A stretch of 62,676 bases of DNA, filler included, from Globobulimina sp. (taxonomy: Eukaryota): NCBI GenBank assembly GCA_003354225.1. It is 38 parts of 38 records of this genome, joined end to end, with 100 filler letters (N's around TTAATTAATTAA, not from the genome) between each part and the next. Parts side by side here need not be neighbours in the genome. Positions count along the whole stretch, not along the records: positions 52,871 to 54,421 come from PIVH01014933.1; positions 54,522 to 56,072 come from PIVH01014934.1; positions 56,173 to 57,723 come from PIVH01014935.1; positions 57,824 to 59,374 come from PIVH01014936.1; positions 59,475 to 61,025 come from PIVH01014937.1; positions 61,126 to 62,676 come from PIVH01014938.1; 32 more parts are not named here. One strand, written 5' to 3'. Every line of letters starts with the position of its first letter. The stretch's first letter is position 1. Both the position numbers and the translations under genes were made by a program. The notes under the pieces were generated by a model. It ran no database searches and was not told the DNA's origin. It saw only the letters and a program-made list of their open reading frames with translations. Below are positions 52,871-62,676 of the stretch, piece after piece.

Positions 52871-53942
52871 CTATGGCTATTATTTTACGATTCCGATCAC
52901 TTTCAAGGAATTCCAGCAAATTATATCCAGGCAATGTGACTTACGATTTGAAGCTGCAAATATGATTTTGTTTGAGTTGAATTTTATTGTCGATGTAATG
53001 CAGAAAAATGCAATAAATAATAAATATAATCCAAACAATACGGCAATGAATAAGAAGAATATAATATTTCCCAGTATATTGGCAATGTTTTGCAGCGAAG
53101 ATATAATTATTGAGAGCTGGGAGGATGGCGAGAATGTGGCAGATATATTTGAATTGCATCGGAATGACACATCGATAATGGAATTAAATTGGGCAATTGA
53201 TTTGGGATTGGAAGCGTTTTCCAAAATGTTGTTTAAACATCGCTTGATTCATTGTGATCTGCATAGTGGTAATTTGCTGGTCAATGAACAGGATAATTCA
53301 CTTATTATTTTAGATGGCGGTTTGTGTGTAAATCCAAGCGAAGCGGATATCACTTTATTTGTTACATTGTTAATGGACAGTTTGTGTGGTTTAGCTCACA
53401 ACGCAGCAAATATCATTTTATCGTTAGATGAAGAATATTGTTCGTGGATAAATCTGAATGATGTGAAACAACAAAAGTTGCAGGATATAAATAATAAAAT
53501 GTTTGAAGATGAAATGTATAAATATATGGTTGAGATATTACCGTCAAAATCAATGAGTGATAGAGCTGTTTTGTTGCATAAGGATTTGGTGGATATGTTT
53601 GATAAAAATGAGACATATTTGGAGTTTAAACAGAAATGGAATTCGGATAGAAAGAATTGGGAAAATTTAAGTTGTGATAAATTTTATGAATTGGGTGGTT
53701 TAATAAATAATTTGGTAATGATTGTGCAACGAAATGGAATCCGTTTAAGATCAGATTTTTGCAGTTTGATGCTGAGTGTTGGTGTTATGGAAGGTGTGGC
53801 AAAGACAGTTAATCCGAATCAAGACTTGATTGAAAGATGTTGGCCATACATTGATGAGGTTCATGGCTTTGATAGAATTGAATCTAAATTTGACTCTTTA
53901 GGAGGAAGGAACAGTTTATTGCAGAAATTTGGATTTTTGTAA
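52871..53942 (+). CDS. ABC1/UbiB atypical kinase (ADCK2-like), 5' partial
   Basis: QCDLRFEAAN, IIIESWEDG, FSKML..IHCDLHSGN, IILDGGL. Confidence 0.9.
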
Positions 53943-54742
53943 GTCCTTTGTTGATTATAGGCATTTTTTTCTGGGACAATGAACGTTAACTCCAGAAAAT
54001 CGATAAGCCATATTGTTGTTCCTTTATTTAGCTGCTTCTGTGAAAACCTTTCAAGTAAGTTAAACCCCTAACTTCTAATGATGGCACCCTTGCTGCTACT
54101 CAGAATTACAACTATTAATCGAGGGGATTTCCATTAAAGTTGGATAAGAATGAAAGGTTGCAGCCAACAAATGCAGTCAAACACCAAAATAACGACCAAA
54201 GCAAAAACGTACGGTCAAGAATGATGGTCAACAGTCTGTCAGGTCAGAATTTTAGATCAGAAAATAAATCTGACAGATCAGAATGAAATCAGTCAGTTGA
54301 TTATGACCTGAATTGTGATGGTTGACTGGTCAGCGAAATGCAGTGATCGATGGGACAAATCTGACCGGTCAACATACGATATGCTATTCCTATAGTAATT
54401 TCCCTTTAGCTCTGCGGTCAGNNNNNNNNNNNNNNNNNNNNNNNNNNNNNNNNNNNNNNNNNNNNTTAATTAATTAANNNNNNNNNNNNNNNNNNNNNNN
54501 NNNNNNNNNNNNNNNNNNNNNAAGCCATTTATATACCCAAAAAAAGCCATTTATATAGTATTTACATGAAGTATTCCAAGAATAGCTCGAATTGCAGTCA
54601 ATTTATGGCATTCCAAAGCAGTTTGAACTAACAAAGTCTGTTTCTCAAAACTGTAGTTAGTTGAACGAATGTTAGAAACGTGTTGATCGAAACAAAATTG
54701 TCTAATATCCGTGTTGAAAAAACAAAGAAATAACTGTACATA

Positions 54743-55929
54743 TTATACATTTTGAATTGTAGTGTTTTCATGAATACATTTTGTGTTTTCAACATATAAT
54801 ACATCAGTTTTATACGGTGTCCATTTACCAATTTTCTCCAATTCCACTGAACTCGCATAAAATGAATATGCAACAAATGATATATTCCCCAAAACAAAAA
54901 TCGCGCCAGCAATGGTCGCACAAATACTGTCAAATTGTTCAGAATTTTCAAAAATACCCACCCATTATAGCCAACCAACGTTGTTTCGATGGTGACAAAC
55001 AATACAAATCCAAATATAAACAAATTATATTTGTCCAATATTGTCATATAAGCGACCTGCGGCAATTGGTTTGAAATAATAAATTGAAACGCAACAATAG
55101 TTAATGCCATAGTTATCGCATAACTTAATCTGTCACCAATATCAGAATGATTCACCGCAAATGTTGACCATGCCATGATGCCCAATATCAACAACCACGA
55201 TATCAAGCGATAAATGAGTCCTCTCCATTTCCTTTTAATTTGGATCCTAATGGTCATCACTTCGTAGCTCTCAGCTTTTTTACGTGACACTCGTCTTAAT
55301 TTTGCTTTCGATGCACCAATATTCACTATCTCCCAATTTGTAATCGACGACCACGTCTTATCTAATTTGAGGTACTTTGAGTATATATGGTTCGGTTTCC
55401 ATGTGGTTCCGTCGAGATTGTAAAAGACCACACTCAAATCCTGGACATCAAACGGAAAATTTGCCACTTCGAACTCCTCCGTAAATTTCATATTAAAATT
55501 GATTTTCTGTGAGTTGTAGCCATCCTTTATCAGCAATTCAACCACCTCGAAATTCAAAGTTTCAATATCGTTCACAAAATTTAACGTCGGGACGAAAGAC
55601 GGCGAATAATTGTCCATATCATAGGTGTCGTTAAAATGTTGTATATCATTGTCAGTGGCTTTCCACGTCAATCTTAATTGGCCTTTTATGCCATAGGTTT
55701 GTTGAGAAGTATTGATCTGAGTTATCTCTTTTACGTCCACTCTCAAACCCAATTCCAAGGGCAAATCACAAGCGTCGTAAATCGCTTTTATTTTCTTTTT
55801 CTTTTTAACTTTCATCTGGCTATTAATTTCCTCCTTGTTTTCCGTTTTATTTTTTGGTTCTGATAAAATAGCTGCCATCATCTCACGATCATCCATTGTA
55901 CTGTGACTTTCTTTAATTAGTGGTTGCAA
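54743..55929 (-). CDS. Cys-less pentameric ligand-gated ion channel with a frameshift near 54960
   Basis: FPFDVQDL Pro-loop, GDRLSYAITMALT (M2), LPQVAYMTILDKY (M2-M3). The M4-like helix lies in the 54743-54961 frame. Confidence 0.85.
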
Positions 55930-56172
55930 TCTTTAAAATTAAAAAAACATTCCAGGCTGGCAACTGTGGAACAGTTGTTATTGAACGTTATACTTATAAA
56001 AACATAGTATGTTTTTGTGCAATATATTTGGCAATACGTACATGGACCAAATTGAGTATGAAAACGATTCTCNNNNNNNNNNNNNNNNNNNNNNNNNNNN
56101 NNNNNNNNNNNNNNNNTTAATTAATTAANNNNNNNNNNNNNNNNNNNNNNNNNNNNNNNNNNNNNNNNNNNN

Positions 56173-57343
56173 CCGTGATTAAGAAGATCGACTTTAACCC
56201 TGCATTCGATTCACTGGTTCATGTTATCGAGAACTCACAGTTTGGTGGCATGTTGGCGATGGTTGGCGGCAATGCGAAATCCATTGGAAACTCGGGACTG
56301 GCCACCAATAAATCTGAGATCTCAAATATGAGCAAACAGCGACCGGCAAAGGACACGAATCATAGTGCTGGAGCACAAACAGTCAATTCAGGTCTGCATA
56401 TTCGCGGAGATATCCATATGTTAATTGTGGGCGACCCCGGCCTGGGAAAGTCGCAAATGCTGCGCGGAGTGGCTCGTATCGCCCCGCGCGGGGTCTACGT
56501 CTCTGGGAATACGACGTCCATCGCCGGACTCACTGTGACCATGGTTCGAGACGGCGGCGACATGGCGTTGGAAGCGGGTGCGTTGGTGATGGGGGATCAG
56601 GGCGTTTGTTGTATCGATGAGTTTGACAAAATGGGCAAGCAACATTCCGCCTTATTGGAGGCGATGGAGCAGCAAAGTATCAGTATCGCCAAAGCTGGAA
56701 TGGTCTGTACTTTATCTGCGCGAACCTCCGTGATCGCGGCGGCAAATCCATGCGGAGGACACTACGATGCAAGCAAAACAATCTCGGAAAACATCAAAAT
56801 GAGCGGTCCACTCTTGTCCAGATTCGATTTGCTCTTTTTATTGTTGGATAAACCGAACACGAAACACGATCAGCGGTTATCTGAACATGTGATGCGAATG
56901 TTGAACAAACACAAATTTGTTATAAACAAAGGAAAAGTGCCGCCCTCTCCGCGCAGAGTGAGGGACATCGAGCAAATTGGCGGGCATTCACAGGACGAGA
57001 GACGTAATAAGCCGTTACAGCAGCGGTTGGAGCTCAGTTACAATGAATACAAAACGAAATCGTATGAGCCAATTCCGGAGAGTTTGCCGAAAATATATTG
57101 TCTATGCTCGCAAATATTGCCACCCGAAAATGACCAGTTCGGCCAAGAACGTGCTGTTGAATTTTTATCTGGAACTTCGAAAAGAACATCAACAGCACGA
57201 CGCCACTCCGATAACGACGGAGAGCTTGATCCAAAGTGGAGCTGCGAGTGGTTGTCACCGAGGACGATGCAAGCGATGTGGTTGAGATTATGAGGGCGAG
57301 TTTGTACGATGTCATGTGTGATGAAGTCTGCAAAGTTGATTTT
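56173..57343 (+). pseudogene. MCM8: MCM8-like helicase with deletions and frameshifts, truncated by a repeat
   Basis: GDPGLGKS, GNTTS, IDEFDKM, GGHY..KTISEN, SRFD. RKYIVYARKY, ITT-ESLI and KVELR..EDDA fall in three frames. Confidence 0.85.
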
Positions 57344-57496
57344 AAGCTAAGGATTACCACACTAACTCTTTCGTCATTTTACTTGACTTTTGCTTTGTTG
57401 TATTGTGTCAATCAGATAGGTTCTAAAAGGCAAGACTTCAATTCTTCGATTTGACAAAGTTAGAAATTACCAACTTTTCACTTTTTTGAAAAGTTG
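57340..57496 (+). repeat. Dispersed repeat, copy 2 (shared with 33117-33280; weaker similarity continues to about 57620)
   Basis: Direct sequence match to the contig starting at 33054. Confidence 0.92.
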
Positions 57497-57823
57497 ATCA
57501 CAAGTTTACTATTTTGTTGGTATGCGACTTGCTTGAAGAATATATTTTGTTGTTTTGAGTTATATTGGCAGCTATACAAACAATTTCAACCAGTTTCATT
57601 AAGAGCAGATTTTTTTAAGTTGGTAATTAGACTCCTGCTAACTAACTTTTTTCTGTGAGCTATAACTTAAAAGTTCAATTACATGTCACTTCCGCTTTAG
57701 TTTGACAACTTTAAATCGGTTTCNNNNNNNNNNNNNNNNNNNNNNNNNNNNNNNNNNNNNNNNNNNNTTAATTAATTAANNNNNNNNNNNNNNNNNNNNN
57801 NNNNNNNNNNNNNNNNNNNNNNN

Positions 57824-59374
57824 GTTTTTGAGCCAGCAATGCATTCCGTACATTTAACGACCCACTCACAAAATTCATCTTGTTGCAACATTGCCAATTG
57901 CTCGTTTTTAGTGCGTTGACTTTGTTTATACAAATGCTGTGTTTGTGATTTATTGATGATTGTAGTCGGAAATCGTCTATGTTTGGATCCATTCCTTTGC
58001 ATTATTTTGCCATTAATGAATATCGTGGGTGCTGAGGGACTGCGGGTATGATGCGGCGATGTCGATGTCGATGTTTTGTGCTCATCAATCGATTCCATTG
58101 CAAGTTTGAGCTGATTTGAGGCGGAGTTACGTTTCTTACTTAATTTTAGTTTGGACACAATCGGTTTGGACAATGCTAATATTTGTTTTAATTCCGGTAT
58201 TTGTAATAACTCAAAGTCAACTAAACCGCTATAAATTTTTATAGTTACACCCAAAACAACGGCACCCCCTAAATATGCCGTTAATTGATTTGCAAATTCT
58301 TTGCGTCTCATATTAATTAATTTGCTTCCACCAAATGCATTTTCATTGATAAACTTCACAATATCCGATTTATGCTGTTGTAATGTCTTAAATTTATCAT
58401 CATTCAACACATAATTTGCTAAAATAAATGTTATTTGATCCACTGTGCATTCTTCAATTGTTTTTGGTTTATTTTTCCATGATACATTCATTGGTTCGGC
58501 CTTCGTTTCTTCGTCGTTCGCCGCAGGAAAATTGACTAATAAATCATCTTCAATTTGCTTAGTTACCTCATTGATCGGTTCATTGTTAATATTTTTCAAA
58601 TCTGTGTATTTATTTATTGTATCAAACAATTTTGTTGCTGGCCCATTCAACTTTTTATTGCCATTTGCAAACTCAACCATCGACGCACTAAATTCTTTCC
58701 TTTTCATTTGCTTCAAAGTCTCGCCATCCATTTTTTTATCAATAAAATATGCCATAAACACTTCTTTATGTTGCAGTAAATTATCGTTTAATATATTCTC
58801 CAGCAAATATATCAACTGCTCATTAGTACATTGTTCGACATATAACGGCAATGTGATCACAGCGCCTTGAATTATTTTATTAAAATCAAACTCTTGCAGC
58901 AATTTTAATAGTTTCAATGCAGGACCACGCAATTTTGTGTTACCATTGCCATATTCAGCCAGCTCCACACTAAATACTTTCCGATCTACATTCATCAAAT
59001 ACTCCCCATTCACTTTCTTATCTTCAAAATATGCAATAAACAAATCTTTATTACTTCTAATTGCGTCAAACGACTTTTCTGTGGGCAACTCAGCAAAAAT
59101 ATATTCATTCAATATACACACAATCTGTTTATAATTGCATTGCTTTAACTCTCTAACATCATCGTCCCATATCGAGCTAGTTTCCGATTGTTCCACTGAT
59201 GGCATTCTGGCCGCTGATGACGAACGTGACACATTTCTAATACTGCTTATATCAAAATCCTTGATTGATTTGTACAATTTCACCGCAGGGCCATTCAATT
59301 TTGTGTTACCATTGCCTTGTTTCACTATATTTGCACCAAAATCTTTCCTTTTCATGGCAAATAATTGTTTTCCA
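57824..59374 (-). CDS. Protein built of about 90-aa SAM-like helical repeats (internal fragment)
   Basis: C..QI..IL..F..YF..K.xG..L....RK.F..GN.KL.GPA.KL repeated 3.5 times. Confidence 0.75.
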
Positions 59375-59549
59375 NNNNNNNNNNNNNNNNNNNNNNNNNN
59401 NNNNNNNNNNNNNNNNNNTTAATTAATTAANNNNNNNNNNNNNNNNNNNNNNNNNNNNNNNNNNNNNNNNNNNNTCCATGTCCATGTTTACATCCCGAAC
59501 GCCTGAAGTTTCTCCCTCCATGGTTTGCTATGCTTGTTGATTTGTTCTT

Positions 59550-61025
59550 TTGTCCTCAAAGTTCAGATTCAAAGATGATGGATATTATCAACAAAAGTGT
59601 ACCAACATATTGTTAGTTGATGGCAAAACATTTTGTGCTATGAAAGAGAAAAAAATTCCATATTTTATATTTGGATTCCCTGCATTTATGGATGGCGAAG
59701 AAAATAATCAATTATACGGTGGCGGATCCAGTATGAATGCGTTTGAGTGTATACGTAATCAGCATCAACGGTATATTTTAAAACAACGTGAAATTGATAC
59801 GTCATTCGGCACTGCCGGAGCTGCAATATTTTGCATTGTGGAAACGTCGGACAATACGTTTTATACTCTCATATTTGCAGTACATACTGGAGGGGAAATG
59901 GAGCGATATAATGTTGGCACACTGTTGGATAAAAGCATCGATTACTTAAAGGTTATTAATACAAATCCAGCCCAGCTCCAATGTTTCGATGATTTAATCC
60001 AAGACACTTTGGAGAGAATACAGCAATATAATAATAGTAAGGCAGTGGATAAATCAGTGAGTAAATGGTCATTACAGTCGACGTTGAATTATTTAAATTG
60101 TTCAGTTGGTACTAAAGTTCTAAAACAGTCAAAAGTAAAAAAAGCATGCAAACATTTAGTTAAATTAGCAAAAAATGATGATACATGTATAGCAATGCTA
60201 CAATATGGAGCATTAGATATATTGTTTAATATTTTACAAGTTTGCAGCAATAATATTGAGATACAAATGACTGCCATTTCAGGCGTTGGTATTATTTGTA
60301 TAAAAGGTTTCGCAAAACAGTATCCAGCAAATGTCAATGGAATATATGACATCTCAAAAGCAGTTGTTTCTCATTTAAATCGTCCGAAATTTGTGGCGTT
60401 TGCTGCAGCCGCAGTGGGCAGTTTTTGTGGTATAAATGACAATGACGTACATATCTCAATGGTTATACAAACTGATATCATCCATCAAATCGTCGCAGCA
60501 ATGCATTATTATCGTGACAAAGATCAAGGTTACATAGTAAATAAAACTGCGTGTCAAGCTTTGAAAAATATTGCGAACGATACAAGTATGATACACTGTA
60601 AATTATATATTATGTTGTTGTGAATTAATTAATATTTAAAGGAGGAGCAGCTGCCGTTGGTACAAAAGGAATTGAAGCCATTATTCAAAGTATTAATATA
60701 TACAAAAACAAAAACGACATTGTTGAACATTCCATGCAAGCATTATTTAATTTAGCTAAATTAAAAGCGAATTGTGAGTGTATTGTGGGGAATGGAGGGT
60801 TTGATTTGATATTTAAACAGATAAAAACAGCGAAGGTATCCTCGTCAGTGTTTGTATGGATATTAACATTGTTTGCGATGTTATTGCATTGTTTGCCCAA
60901 AGAGGATACATCGCGAATTGTACAAACTGCAGTGCAAAATGATATTTTTCCAATCTTGAATCAAACCGTTAAACATAATTCGAAAAGGCTGCAAGAAGTA
61001 AGTGCATCGATTGTGGGCATTATTG
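59550..61025 (+). CDS. Trypsin/V8-like protease domain (catalytic Ser apparently replaced) fused to armadillo repeats, intron 60586-60641
   Basis: IFGFPA, IDTSFGTAGAAIF, IFAVHTGG, NVGT; then ARM-like helices (GALDILF, TACQALKNIA, QALFNLA). Confidence 0.65.
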
Positions 61026-61125
61026 NNNNNNNNNNNNNNNNNNNNNNNNNNNNNNNNNNNNNNNNNNNNTTAATTAATTAANNNNNNNNNNNNNNNNNNN
61101 NNNNNNNNNNNNNNNNNNNNNNNNN

Positions 61126-61271
61126 AATTTCGGTGTGTTTTGCTCAATGTTCCCTTTGTAATGTTTGCAAAATTTATATAGAGTATAAACTGTCGTACCA
61201 AATAAAACCAAATTAATTGTACTATATCCAAATGTAAATATAAATGCTGGAATTGAACAATCTATATTCAT
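61126..61271 (-). CDS. N-terminal TM fragment of a membrane protein
   Basis: One hydrophobic helix, then the frame runs off the contig. Confidence 0.35.
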
Positions 61272-61324
61272 CTTGTTTGTTATTTGTTATTTGCTACGTG
61301 CGTTTAGGCAAAACTCTCAGTCAC

Positions 61325-61615
61325 TCAGAGTGTTAAGAATGTTGTATATAGTGATTCAGAACATAATTTCATTAAACATGGTATACTTAAATAGTTGGAA
61401 ATTGCTATAATTTCATATATAGAAAAGGCATCAAATTGATCAATAAATGTAGCATCCCACACATCTGTTACTATTGAAACTGGCTCCTTTATGATGACCT
61501 AAATATGTTAAAATAATCTCCAATTCCTTACCATTTACCTTCATCAAATCCTTTGTCATTCCACACTTTGTAAAGTGATTTCTAACATAACCTTCCACTA
61601 AATATTCTTTTAGTT
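61325..61615 (-). pseudogene. Skp1-like relic with internal deletion and frameshift (absent from the ORF track)
   Basis: KVNGKELEIILTYLGHHKG, then in a shifted frame IVTDVWDATFIDQFDAFSIYEIIAISNYLSIPCLMKLC. Confidence 0.7.
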
Positions 61616-61726
61616 TAGAAAAACTATATACACAGATTTGTGCAGCTGTGATGTGCCTAGGTATTTGTTACAAAGCTATTAATAGTTTCTATTTATAAAT
61701 ACAATTCACAAATTTCCATTTTCACC

Positions 61727-62676
61727 ATGCAGTCTTGTCAATTTAATGAATTCATCCATGCAATCAACCATAGTGGTAATGAAGAATTACAAATCGACAA
61801 CATTCAAAAATTGAGTTGTTTGTTATTAGAAGATGATAGTGTCCCATTCATAGAAATTATAAATTCAAACGTTATCCAACAAATCATCACATTGTTGCAC
61901 TACAAACACAATCCCAAATTACAACGTGAATCTGTATGCATTCTGAGCACATTTGCTTCATTGGATTTCAATAGAAACAATGAAACGAAACTAAAATTCT
62001 GCGACATTTTGATTAAAAACAATGCAATTCCGATCTTAATGTTTCTTTTTGCAGATTACTTCAATTCCGATATTGCATCAAAGCCATTATGCATTGAAGG
62101 ACAAGCAATGGATGCTTTGGGTAATATTGCTGCTATTTCCTCATTGATGAGAGATATGGTTTTATCTGCAAATATATTGGATGCATTGCTATCTATTTGT
62201 GACTCAAAACATAATCAGAAATCATTATTAGTTCAGGCTAGTTTCACATTATCAAATTTATGCAATAAAGAACCCGCTCCACAAAATAAATACATTGAGC
62301 TCGAACTTGTTATTATCGATAAGTTATTATGTGATCACTGCGATAATGAGGAGGTGTTATTGAATGCATGTTGGTGTTTTGCCCATTTATCCAAAACAAT
62401 ATTCGAAGCGAATGACAGTGAAAATCAAAGCGATGCAGATTTGAATTTTGCAGATACAGAAACGAAAAGTATTCATTTGGGTGACCTCACATTTGATAGT
62501 AGTTCGAAAGAGGAAACTCAGGAAAGTGAATTATTACTGACTTATACACGAAAGCAAAGCATGAGGCAAAGTATCCGCAATGTTAGCACCAAAGTAAAAG
62601 AAAAAGTGTTTTCTTGTTTATTTACACTACAACGAGAAAGTCAAAGTCTGAGGAAAAGTATCAGCAAACTTGGCAA
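61727..62676 (+). CDS. Divergent importin-alpha-like ARM protein (3' partial; absent from the ORF track)
   Basis: PKLQRESVCIL, QAMDALGNIA..MRDMVL, TLSNLCNKEPAP, EEVLLNACWCFAHLS. Confidence 0.8.
   Translation, partial: MQSCQFNEFIHAINHSGNEELQIDNIQKLSCLLLEDDSVPFIEIINSNVIQQIITLLHYKHNPKLQRESVCILSTFASLDFNRNNETKLKFCDILIKNNAIPILMFLFADYFNSDIASKPLCIEGQAMDALGNIAAISSLMRDMVLSANILDALLSICDSKHNQKSLLVQASFTLSNLCNKEPAPQNKYIELELVIIDKLLCDHCDNEEVLLNACWCFAHLSKTIFEANDSENQSDADLNFADTETKSIHLGDLTFDSSSKEETQESELLLTYTRKQSMRQSIRNVSTKVKEKVFSCLFTLQRESQSLRKSISKLG

Overview
This is not one genomic locus. It is a pseudo-scaffold of 38 unrelated, size-sorted contigs (13 of 1553 bp, 12 of 1552 bp, 13 of 1551 bp), each separated by an identical 100-bp artificial linker (44 N + TTAATTAATTAA + 44 N), so adjacency across a linker means nothing. 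Most contigs are AT-rich eukaryotic nuclear DNA with short GT-AG introns. A divergent beta-tubulin (MVREI start, TQALGGGTGSG) and the protein families present suggest a foraminiferan/retarian protist (inference). Recognisable genes include PGK, RAD6/UBC2, GST, APC6/CDC16, DIS3, MCM8, PI4K, annexin, cathepsin B, a 7TM-RGS protein, a Cys-less pLGIC, a PPR protein, an O-fucosyltransferase, a 2OG-Fe(II) oxygenase, an ABC1 kinase and an importin-alpha-like protein. Foreign DNA is also present: bacterial asnA fused in frame to a kelch gene, an animal-like SLC35G/EamA fragment joined to cathepsin B, and a nematode-like MRG/F-box contig. This fits a whole-genome-amplified single-cell or environmental sample with chimeras. 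I found no rRNA, tRNA or CRISPR array, and no clearly new multi-gene system. The best leads are: (i) a long-inverted-repeat element enclosing a decayed RRM gene, whose repeat family also truncates an MCM8 copy; (ii) several gene copies damaged by small internal deletions; (iii) repeated intergenic spacers of only 49-200 bp; (iv) several unusual domain architectures. All family calls come from motif recognition; no database search was run.
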